Program-made: the position numbers and the translations under genes | The notes under the pieces: generated by a model | The model's input: the letters and a program-made list of their open reading frames with translations, nothing else | Told to the model about the DNA's origin: nothing | Database searches by the model: none | Shown: piece by piece, positions 1 to 7,739 of the stretch | Position numbering within the stretch: the stretch's first letter is position 1 | Layout of the letters: each line of letters begins with the position of its first letter | Assembly: GCA_029856435.1 (NCBI GenBank) | Contig: JAHQXB010000115.1 | Coordinates: 1 to 12,065, forward strand | DNA: 12,065 bases | Origin: Candidatus Jordarchaeia archaeon | Lineage (GTDB): Archaea; Asgardarchaeota; Jordiarchaeia; Jordiarchaeales; Jordiarchaeaceae | Direction: 5' to 3'

Positions 1-1824
1 CAGTCCAAGTGGGCCAGCCAAGTAGCATACGAGCTGGACGCCAAAATAGTGGAGGCCCTCAAACAACACGTACAAGAGTTCGAAGAAAAAATAGCAAACG
101 CCAAACACCAAACAGAAAACACCCTCAGCAAAAGTTTAGGTGAGTTTGAGAAAAAGATTTCTAATCTACAAGATACCATCAGTGTTACTTTGAGTGAGGA
201 GGTAGGATTAATTGAGAAAATTGAAAAGGAGATTAAAAGTGAATTAGAAGACAAGGTTTCTTTGTTGTTGGAGGAGAATCAAAAGTCGGTTGAGAGTTTG
301 AAAAGTATTAGTGAGCAAAGGATTAAAAGTAGTTTGAACTATTTAGGGGAAGAAAGTAACAAGTTAAAAAATAGCTTTTCTTCTTTGATTAACAAAAAAT
401 TGGAAGAAAAGAGAGTGGAAAATGAGAAATTAGCTAAAAGCGTGCAGGAAAAAATTGAAGAAGAGAGGAAGGCGTTGGAGAATATAGGTTTAATTCTATT
501 CAGTGAAGCTACCAACACGTTAAATATGCAACTTATCGAAACCAAAGAAACAATAGGTAAGAGTCGAGAGATACTGCTTGAACACATTTCAGAACTAATT
601 GGAGCCATTAAAGATTCAAAAGAGAAAGCTGTAAAAAATATGTTTGAAAATGTGCATCTGGAACTTGAAAGTTTTCAAACGATAATGCGAGACCTAAATG
701 AAGAAATCGTATCTTTAATGGAAAAGCAGGAGAAAAAGTTGGAGAGCCTCGTAGAAGTCGCCAAACGCGATACAGAAGAGAAGATTAAAAAAATTGTGCA
801 GGAAAACACTGATTTTGCAAAATCATTAAAAGATGAAACAAAAGAAACCTTTGCAAATAATTCTAAGGCAATAGAGGAAACACTCAAGGTCACTAGGGAA
901 TCATTAACAAATATGGTAATGGAACACACTAAAGAGTTAGAGGAACAAAAAGAGCGCATTAAAGTCTCATTAGTGGAATCCTTAAACAGTTATTTGGGGG
1001 AGCTAAGAAGAGCAGTTTCCAGCTTTAAGGAGCAGACATCACAATTGATAAAGGGACACCTAGACGATTACAACAGAACAATTAGCGAAGCCAAAGAGAA
1101 AACAGTGGAAACATTAAATAACCACTCAGGAACGCTGATTCAAACCGTAATTCAGATCCAAAGCAAAGTGGGTGAAACCCTGAGTAAACACGAAGGGGAT
1201 GTTAAACTTTTAATTGATAAAATACAGAGTTACCTCAGCTCCAATCTCGAAAAAACAGAAAACTCCATCGCCACATACATAAATGAAACATCCTCGGCTG
1301 TCAACACTCTATTTGAGAGAACAGAAAACGATTCTGAAAAAACCGCGGAACTCCTCAAATCTGCTTGGAAAGAGTTGGAAAAATCGAAGTTAAACGAAAT
1401 CCAAAAAACCTGGCACCTAGCTACAAAGGAGTCAATAATAGCACATATAGTAGATATGGTTAGAAGAGCCTCAAAATCAATAACAATAATCGTCCCCAAC
1501 CTCCAAGATATTCCAACGGGGGAACTACTGAAAAAAGAGGAATCAGTAATAATACACCTAGTAACAAACTTCAGTGAGGAGGAAACAAAAGAAGTAGAAA
1601 AGCTCCTAAAAAAGAAAATTAGGATATGGAAAAATACTCGAGGAAAACTCTACGGCTGCATAAAAGATCAACAGGAAACACTACTTGCACCCTTAAACGC
1701 CACAGAAGTACCAGTAGCAGTAGTCAGCGAAGAAGAGGGATATGCAAAAGTATACCAGAACATAATATTGCCCAACCTAATAGCTAAAGCTCAAGAAATC
1801 AACCCCCTCAAAACAGAAATTTAA
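1..1824 (+). CDS. Long amphipathic/coiled-coil 22-mer repeat protein with C-terminal PLD-like (TrmB sugar-binding-domain-like) domain; 5' end lies outside the window
   Basis: Frame is open from base 1 (QSKWASQVAYELDAKIVEALK...) to TAA 1822-1824, so the GTG at 49 is probably not the true start. The region up to ~1374 is E/K/S/L-rich and helical. From 1408 (TWHLATKESIIAHIVDMVRRASKSITIIVP...IKDQQETLLAP) it reads as an alpha/beta domain resembling the PLD-fold effector domain of TrmB-type proteins, without HxK. Confidence 0.8.
   Translation, partial: QSKWASQVAYELDAKIVEALKQHVQEFEEKIANAKHQTENTLSKSLGEFEKKISNLQDTISVTLSEEVGLIEKIEKEIKSELEDKVSLLLEENQKSVESLKSISEQRIKSSLNYLGEESNKLKNSFSSLINKKLEEKRVENEKLAKSVQEKIEEERKALENIGLILFSEATNTLNMQLIETKETIGKSREILLEHISELIGAIKDSKEKAVKNMFENVHLELESFQTIMRDLNEEIVSLMEKQEKKLESLVEVAKRDTEEKIKKIVQENTDFAKSLKDETKETFANNSKAIEETLKVTRESLTNMVMEHTKELEEQKERIKVSLVESLNSYLGELRRAVSSFKEQTSQLIKGHLDDYNRTISEAKEKTVETLNNHSGTLIQTVIQIQSKVGETLSKHEGDVKLLIDKIQSYLSSNLEKTENSIATYINETSSAVNTLFERTENDSEKTAELLKSAWKELEKSKLNEIQKTWHLATKESIIAHIVDMVRRASKSITIIVPNLQDIPTGELLKKEESVIIHLVTNFSEEETKEVEKLLKKKIRIWKNTRGKLYGCIKDQQETLLAPLNATEVPVAVVSEEEGYAKVYQNIILPNLIAKAQEINPLKTEI
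55..1374 (+). repeat. 20 consecutive degenerate 22-aa (2x11) repeats within ORF1
   Basis: Cut into 22-mers from ALKQH..., the protein needs no gaps. Position 2 is hydrophobic in all 20 units (e.g. TLSKSLGEF.., TLSEEVGLI.., TLNMQLIET.., SLNSYLGEL.., TLNNHSGTL.., TLSKHEGDV..), and positions 6, 9, 13, 16 and 20 are mostly hydrophobic. No obvious repeat is visible at the DNA level. Confidence 0.85.
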
Positions 1825-2100
1825 ATCCATAAAAATAAACTACACCACCCAATTCACCAATACTGACACAAAGCAACAGATAAATCGTCGTCTTCAAACG
1901 CAGGTTAGAACAAAACTTTTCCAGAACAGTTAAAGGAACTATCGGAATTCAACTGCTCCGAAGGTTAAGGGTGAAAAAAGGGGAAAGCGAATCTTTTATG
2001 GTGAATGGGGCTTTCGAATTTAGCTATAACAAAAAGGATACGCTTTCAAATCCTTGAGAAGCTCTGTAAAGGATGTTTTCGTCTCGTATTTTGTGCTTAT

Positions 2101-3165
2101 TTAGTAAATTCGGCTTGCGACGAAGTCCGCTAGATTTAGGAAAAATTCTTGTGATTCTTTTTTTAGTGGTGGTTTAGTTTTAAGTAGCCTTTTTTTGGCT
2201 TCTTCCTTTAGCTCTAGCGCCAGTTTTTTGGATTTCTCCAGAGCTCCAGTTTCTTGAAATATTTCCCTAACCCTTTCTACATCATTTGGATTTGCATCTG
2301 AATCGCCGAGCACCTTCTTGAGAATGTTTAGGTCATTAGAAGAAGCATTGTTTAATGCATGAACCACTAATACGGTTTTTTTGCCTTCTTTGATATCTCC
2401 ATCTGTTGGTTTTCCCGTGTCTGACTCCACTCCGAATGTTCCCAGTATGTCATCCTGAATCTGGAAGGATTGCCCCACCAGCACCGCGTATTCTCTGAGC
2501 ATTTTGATTTGGCTCGCTTTTGCTCCCCCCAATACTGCCCCGATTTGTATGGATTTTTCCAGTAGAGAAGAGGTTTTCATTTTCACCATTTGTAAGTATT
2601 CATCGAGTGTCACACTTTCTTTTCTTTGAATCACGCTCTCGTACATGACCCCGTCAATTAGTTCTTGAAATACTTGTTGGTAGAGTCGGATAGCTTCACA
2701 GATCAGTTTATGGGGAAACTTGGAGGATAGAAGGGTCTCTATGCCCAAATTATAGGTGGTATTTCCACCCAAAATTGCCATGGTGTTTCCAAAGTCTTCA
2801 GCTTTGGTGCTTGACATAAATTCCTTCTTGTACCACTCTCTATAAGTTACGTGGAATGTGGGGCCGCTTCTTCGGAGCTCATCGTGGTCTATGATGTCAT
2901 CGTGGATTAATGTTGCATTGTGAAGGAGTTCGACGGAAAGGGAGGGAAGGAATATTTTCTCGCTGGAATCCGCTACTCCCCTGTAGGCTTGGATGAGGGA
3001 AATTGGCCTGAGCCTTTTTCCTCCCCGCATAATAAACTCTTTAATATTTAAGTAGTATGTTCGGTGATAGGAGAAAGGCGCCATTGCAATTTTACGATCC
3101 AAAAAGGAAACAAGAACCTGATTGACCTTGTTTGAGAGATCCTCTACGACCTGACTGAATTGCAA
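2101..3165 (-). CDS. idsA: Trans-isoprenyl diphosphate synthase (polyprenyl synthetase family; GGPP synthase-like, possibly longer-chain)
   Basis: Motifs GGKRLRP, FARM HDDIIDHDELRR, KT, SARM FQIQDDILG and GKPTDGDIKEGKKT. The ORF extends to ATG 3237. TTG at 3165 is preferred because it has an AAGGAG SD-like sequence 8 nt upstream and gives a typical 354 aa, but the start is uncertain. Confidence 0.95.
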   Translation of the reverse strand: MQFSQVVEDLSNKVNQVLVSFLDRKIAMAPFSYHRTYYLNIKEFIMRGGKRLRPISLIQAYRGVADSSEKIFLPSLSVELLHNATLIHDDIIDHDELRRSGPTFHVTYREWYKKEFMSSTKAEDFGNTMAILGGNTTYNLGIETLLSSKFPHKLICEAIRLYQQVFQELIDGVMYESVIQRKESVTLDEYLQMVKMKTSSLLEKSIQIGAVLGGAKASQIKMLREYAVLVGQSFQIQDDILGTFGVESDTGKPTDGDIKEGKKTVLVVHALNNASSNDLNILKKVLGDSDANPNDVERVREIFQETGALEKSKKLALELKEEAKKRLLKTKPPLKKESQEFFLNLADFVASRIY

Positions 3166-3557
3166 TCTTATCTCTCCTTGAACCCAAGAGTTATAGATTC
3201 GGTCTAAGGTTTCTCGTGACTTTAAGATTTGAAACATTTAATCTTTTCTTATGAACCTTAGGAGTGATTCGTCAAAATTACAAGAATACACCATTTCCTC
3301 TTATTAATACGTATTTTAATCCAAATTGGGAAAAGAGAACATATTCAGCATTCTTCAAATCTTCTGGAATTTCAAGATTAATTGCTTTCAAGAAAACCTA
3401 CTTTTTCCACATTTTTGTGCTAAATAATTGCCCTGCAAGCGGGTAATTTACATACCCTTTAGTCAAATTTGCATTCAACAGGCATCGCATCACAAATTCC
3501 AACGATAGGGGGATAAATGCTAAAATTGTCGATTCAACATTAAGACAATGCACAATA

Positions 3558-3565
3558 TTTAAATA
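3558..3565 (+). promoter_or_regulatory. Candidate TATA box for the mevalonate operon
   Basis: TTTAAATA, within the perfect palindrome TATTTAAATA (3556-3565), about 87 nt upstream of the hmgB ATG. A GAGGGT SD-like sequence precedes the ATG. Confidence 0.5.
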
Positions 3566-3651
3566 CGCTATAAGTAGCCATGAATCGCTAACCACATACT
3601 AATTCCTAATAATACTTCTAACATCTTTTATCTTGAGGGTAGTTAAAATTG

Positions 3652-4722
3652 ATGAAACCAAGCCAACCAGTAGGGATAATCGGCTGGGGAGCATATATAC
3701 CCCAATACAGAATCAAAGTAAACACAATTGCACAAGTATGGGGCGCCCAGACCGAAAGGTACACCGAAGGACTGGGAATAGAGGAAAAGGCAGTGGCAGG
3801 ACCCGATGAAGACACAATCACAATCGCTATAGAAGCAGCCCAAAACGCAATAAAAAGAGCCCAAATAGAACCCAAAGAAATCGGGGCAGTACTATCAGGA
3901 TCCGAATCCCCGCCCTACGCCGTCAAACCTACTGGTTGCACGGTAGCAGAAGTTATAGGGGCAACACCCAACATATTGGCAGCGGATTTAGAGTTCGCCT
4001 GCAAAGCAGGCACTGAAGGAATACAATTCTGCATGGGGTTAGTATCCTCAGGCATGATAAAGTACGGCATGGCCATAGGTGCAGATGTAGCCCAAAGCGC
4101 ACCCGGCGACGATTTGGAATACGCCGCCGCGGCAGGAGGAGCCGCCTTCATTATAGGCAAACTAGACAGCAACGCTGCCGCCGCTATCAACGCCTCAACC
4201 TCCTATGTCACAGACACACCGGACTTCTGGAGACGCTCGGAGCAGCCCTATCCCAAACATGGAGGCGTATTCACAGGACAATCATACTTCCACCATATAT
4301 TGAATGCAGGGAAGCAATTAATGCAAGATTTGGGCATGAACCCCAAAGATTTTCAGTATGCCATATTTCATCAACCCAACGGGAAATTTCCGGAAAAGGC
4401 GGCAAGGGAATTAGGTTTCACGTCGGAACAGATAAGGGTGGGAATGCTGGTGAACAGAATAGGCAACACGTATTCGGGTTGCATTCCCCTAGGTTTATCA
4501 GCAGTTTTGGAGGCTGCCAAACCGGGAGACAACATATTTGTGGTTTCATATGGTTCTGGGGCGGGAAGCGACGCATTCCACATCGTAGCCCTAGATGCCA
4601 TTGAAAATAAACGTGAATTAGCCCCTACGGTTCAAGATTACATAGAAAGGAAGGAGTACGTGGGTTATGCTTGTTACGCTAAATGGCGAAAAATGATAAT
4701 TGGATTAGAAACAAAAAGATAA
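3652..4722 (+). CDS. hmgB: Hydroxymethylglutaryl-CoA synthase, archaeal type
   Basis: Catalytic motifs GSES (Glu), FACKAGT (Cys), FHQPNGKFP (His), GNTYSG and SYGSGAGSDAF. ATG at 3652 follows an in-frame TTG at 3649. Confidence 0.97.
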   Translation: MKPSQPVGIIGWGAYIPQYRIKVNTIAQVWGAQTERYTEGLGIEEKAVAGPDEDTITIAIEAAQNAIKRAQIEPKEIGAVLSGSESPPYAVKPTGCTVAEVIGATPNILAADLEFACKAGTEGIQFCMGLVSSGMIKYGMAIGADVAQSAPGDDLEYAAAAGGAAFIIGKLDSNAAAAINASTSYVTDTPDFWRRSEQPYPKHGGVFTGQSYFHHILNAGKQLMQDLGMNPKDFQYAIFHQPNGKFPEKAARELGFTSEQIRVGMLVNRIGNTYSGCIPLGLSAVLEAAKPGDNIFVVSYGSGAGSDAFHIVALDAIENKRELAPTVQDYIERKEYVGYACYAKWRKMIIGLETKR

Positions 4723-4742
4723 TCAATGGAGGGTAAATAGGT

Positions 4743-5894
4743 ATGAGAGAAGTTGCAGTTATAGGAGTTGGACTAACTAAAGTTGGCCATCTATTCAGTG
4801 AATCTTTACGTTCCCTATTTTCAAGAGCTATTAGAGGAGCCCTTGAAGATGCGGGGAATCCTAAAATTGAAGCACTCTATGTTGGCAACATGTCTGCAGG
4901 ACAGTTCAATAACCAAGAGAACATCGCTGCCTTACTATCAGATTTTGCGGGTCTAAACGGGATTCCAGCAACGAGAATTGAGGAGGGTTGTGGTTCTGGC
5001 GCCGCAGCCATTTACAATGGGTATAAGGCTGTAGCTTCGGGAGTCCACGACTTCGTGGTGGTGGGAGGAGTGGAAAAAATGATGGACACTACCGCTAACG
5101 ATGCTACCTCGATTATTTCAACAGTCACTGACCAAGAGTATGAGGCGTTTCTTGGTCTCTCCTTGGTGGGAATCAACGCCATGGTAATGCGGCTTTACAT
5201 GAACACATTCAATGTTGACAGAGAACCCTTCGCAAAATTCTCGGTGCAGATGCATGAAAATGCCTCGAAAAACCCCTATGCTCAGTTTCCATTTAAAATC
5301 TCTCTGGATAAGGCAATGAACTCAAACCCAGTGGCGGATCCGATACACCTTATGGATTGTGCGCCCCTAGGCGACGGGGCGGCGGCCCTAGTTCTGTGCC
5401 CCAAGGAATACGCAAAAGACTTTACCTCTAAACCCGTAGAGATTATAGGCGCAGGGCATGGTATGGATAACTTCATATTCCACACCAGGGACGACTTCCT
5501 CTCTCTCAAGGCTATCCGAGATGCGGCAAGAGAGGCTTACAGGATGGCGGGAATCACACCAGACGAGGTAGACGTGGTAGAGTTACACGATGCCTTTTCA
5601 ATAACTGCCTTTTTGTCGATTGAGGATTTGGGTTTTGTGGAAAAAGGTGCCGCGGGCCAACTAGTTGATGAGGGACTAATTGGTTTGGATGGGACTCTGT
5701 CCGTGAATCCCTCCGGAGGGTTAAAGGCGAGGGGGCACCCAATTGGAGCCACAGGGGTTTACCAAATGGCGGAGATTGTACTGCAGCTTCGTGGAGAGGC
5801 AGGAGCCAGACAGGTACCGGGTGCTGAAATAGGACTTACAAATAATATAAGTGGTTTTGGCGCTTCATCCTATGTACATATTCTTAGGGTTTAG
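4743..5894 (+). CDS. acaB: Acetoacetyl-CoA thiolase (acetyl-CoA C-acetyltransferase), archaeal type
   Basis: Nucleophile motif EEGCGSG, VVGGVEKM, DCAPLGDGAAA, ELHDAF and NPSGGLKARGHPIGATG. Lies between HMGS and DUF35, the usual archaeal triad. GGAGG SD upstream. Confidence 0.95.
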   Translation: MREVAVIGVGLTKVGHLFSESLRSLFSRAIRGALEDAGNPKIEALYVGNMSAGQFNNQENIAALLSDFAGLNGIPATRIEEGCGSGAAAIYNGYKAVASGVHDFVVVGGVEKMMDTTANDATSIISTVTDQEYEAFLGLSLVGINAMVMRLYMNTFNVDREPFAKFSVQMHENASKNPYAQFPFKISLDKAMNSNPVADPIHLMDCAPLGDGAAALVLCPKEYAKDFTSKPVEIIGAGHGMDNFIFHTRDDFLSLKAIRDAAREAYRMAGITPDEVDVVELHDAFSITAFLSIEDLGFVEKGAAGQLVDEGLIGLDGTLSVNPSGGLKARGHPIGATGVYQMAEIVLQLRGEAGARQVPGAEIGLTNNISGFGASSYVHILRV

Positions 5895-5908
5895 GTAGGG
5901 GTCGAAAA

Positions 5909-6325
5909 ATGCAGGTTTCAAAGTTTTGGAGAGAACTCCCCCAACGTTACAGGTTAGAGGGTAAAAAGTGCGTCCAGTGCGGAAAGGTTTGCTTTCCACC
6001 TAGGGATATCTGCCCCAGCTGCGGTTCAGATCAAATGGTAAAAGCTATTTTGCCTAAGAGAGGAAAAATCGTAACATACACGGTTATGTATACTGCGCCG
6101 GCCAATTTTGAAATATTCAAACCCTACATTATTGCCTTGGTGCAATTGGAGGATGGGACACACCTTACCACCCAGCTCACAGACTGTAAGCCTGAAAACA
6201 TAGAGATTGGAATGGATGTGGAGGCCGTTATTAGAAAGATAAACGAAGATGGGAAAGATGGAATAATTTACTATGCCTACAAATTCCGTCCAGTCCTAAA
6301 AAAGGCCGAGAAGAAACTGAACTAG
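5909..6325 (+). CDS. acaC: DUF35 Zn-ribbon/OB-fold scaffold protein of the thiolase-HMGS complex
   Basis: CxxC-x10-CxxC (KCVQCGKVCFPPRDICPSCG), then an OB-fold region (GKIVTYTV...PYIIALVQLEDG...IGMDVEAVIRKI...YAYKFRP). Confidence 0.95.
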   Translation: MQVSKFWRELPQRYRLEGKKCVQCGKVCFPPRDICPSCGSDQMVKAILPKRGKIVTYTVMYTAPANFEIFKPYIIALVQLEDGTHLTTQLTDCKPENIEIGMDVEAVIRKINEDGKDGIIYYAYKFRPVLKKAEKKLN

Positions 6326-6382
6326 CAGTCGAGAAGAAGCATCTCTACTTTTAATTGGTTGTTTTCTGTGTGCGTTGAAATC

Positions 6383-6396
6383 AAAAAGATTAAATG
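6383..6396 (+). promoter_or_regulatory. Possible internal BRE/TATA promoter upstream of the UbiD gene
   Basis: AAAAAG (6383-6388) is followed by ATTAAATG (6389-6396), about 30 nt before GTG 6423. It sits in the only long (97 nt) gap of the cluster, after a T-rich tract. Confidence 0.3.
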
Positions 6397-6422
6397 TCAC
6401 ACCACTTTCTATAAGGTAACAA

Positions 6423-7739
6423 GTGGTAAGGAGCCTGTCGTTTTTGAGAGAGTTTATCGAGGATCTCAAGTCTCGTAACATGATAGTTGAGATTAACAAA
6501 AATGTGCCCCTAACAAAAATTCCTGCACTTTTAAAGAAGCTGGATGGTAGGCCAGTTCTATTTAACATGGTGGAAAATACACCTTACAGGATAGTTGGGA
6601 ATATTTGTTCTAGCAGAGACCTTTTAGCTCTCTCCCTAGGGGTGAGAAGGGAAGGGTTATTATCACGATTAGCTGAAGCTTTTGAAAAAAGAAGTGAACC
6701 AGAAATAGTTAAGAGTGGGCGGTGCCAGGAAATAGAGGAAACAGTTAATCTGAACAAATTACCAATTCTTACTCACACTTTGGGAGATGGAGGCCCCTAC
6801 GTTACTTCAGGGGTGCTTATACTTCGTGACCCCGAGTTTGGGAGAAACGCCTCTATTCACAGACTTATGAAGTTGGATGATAGAAGGTTTGCTGTGAGGC
6901 TTGTGGAAGAGAGAGACGCAGATGTCTATTTAAAGAGAGCTGGCGGAGAATTGGATGTTGCAATTTGTATTGGCAATCATCCCTCACTCTTGCTAGCGGC
7001 AGCCACATCCCTAGACATAACTGTGGACGAGTTGGAAATAGCCAATAGTTTAAGAGAACTGAAGCTGGTTAAGTGTAAAAAAGTGGATTTAGAGGTACCA
7101 GAAAATTCGGAGATAGTACTGGAAGGAAGAATAATTAATGAGTTGGTGGATGAGGGACCCTTCCTGGACTTAACTGGTACCTATGACATTATTAGGAAAC
7201 AGCCAGTAATTGAAGTTACCCATTTCACCCATACTAGAAATCCCATATATCAGGCTCTGCTTCCAGGAGGACTTGACCACAAGCTTCTCATGAGTCTGCC
7301 GAGAGAGACTGCCATTTACAATGAAGTGAAGAAGGTTTGTGAATGCAAAAATGTGTTAATAACTCCTGGAGGATGCTCCTGGCTCCACGGAATAGTGCAA
7401 ATCTGCAAAAAGAAGCCTGAAGATGGAATGAACGCGATAGAAGCAGCATTTAGAGCCCATAAATCTATGAAACACGTAGTCGTGGTGGACGAGGACATAG
7501 ACATTTACGATTTGAACTCTGTTGAGTATGCCATCGCCACAAGGTTCCAGGCATCAAAGAATCTCGTTTTAAGAAAGGATAAAGGTTCATCGCTTGATCC
7601 TTCAGCAAACCAAGTGACCCGAGAAACAACCAAGGTTGGAGTCGACGCCACAATACCATTTGATAAGGATAGAACTCACTTTATCCCTGTAAAAATCATT
7701 GGGGAAGAAACCATAAGGGTTGAAGATTATGTATCTTAA
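6423..7739 (+). CDS. ubiD: UbiD-family prFMN-dependent decarboxylase; probable trans-anhydromevalonate 5-phosphate decarboxylase
   Basis: UbiD motifs DGGPYVTSG, RNASIHRL, EIVLEGRI, EGPFLDLTGTYD, VVVVDEDIDI, AIATRFQ, GSSLDPS and TTKVGVDAT. Its stop overlaps the AcnX large-subunit gene, which supports the AMPD role. Alternative start TTG 6444 (MREFIEDL). Confidence 0.9.
   Translation: MVRSLSFLREFIEDLKSRNMIVEINKNVPLTKIPALLKKLDGRPVLFNMVENTPYRIVGNICSSRDLLALSLGVRREGLLSRLAEAFEKRSEPEIVKSGRCQEIEETVNLNKLPILTHTLGDGGPYVTSGVLILRDPEFGRNASIHRLMKLDDRRFAVRLVEERDADVYLKRAGGELDVAICIGNHPSLLLAAATSLDITVDELEIANSLRELKLVKCKKVDLEVPENSEIVLEGRIINELVDEGPFLDLTGTYDIIRKQPVIEVTHFTHTRNPIYQALLPGGLDHKLLMSLPRETAIYNEVKKVCECKNVLITPGGCSWLHGIVQICKKKPEDGMNAIEAAFRAHKSMKHVVVVDEDIDIYDLNSVEYAIATRFQASKNLVLRKDKGSSLDPSANQVTRETTKVGVDATIPFDKDRTHFIPVKIIGEETIRVEDYVS

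Noticed and set aside
339-1499. Antisense ORFs 339-608, 675-959 and 1230-1499
   Set aside because: S/F/L-rich mirror images of the E/K-rich coiled-coil gene, with no independent coding signal.
1825-2100. Several 5-6 bp hairpins between ORF1 and idsA (TCGGA/TCCGA, GAAAGC/GCTTTC, AAGGAT/ATCCTT)
   Set aside because: Short stems with large loops, at a level expected by chance.
3264-3595. Short ORFs 3264-3446 (+) and 3398-3595 (-) in the divergent intergenic region
   Set aside because: No recognisable motif or SD; they overlap promoter-like AT-rich sequence.
5580-5870. Thiolase has HDAF and no C-terminal CxG cysteine, suggesting possible inactivity
   Set aside because: The nucleophilic Cys and both His motifs are intact. 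As I recall, this pattern occurs in other archaeal DUF35-associated thiolases, so it is not evidence of novelty.
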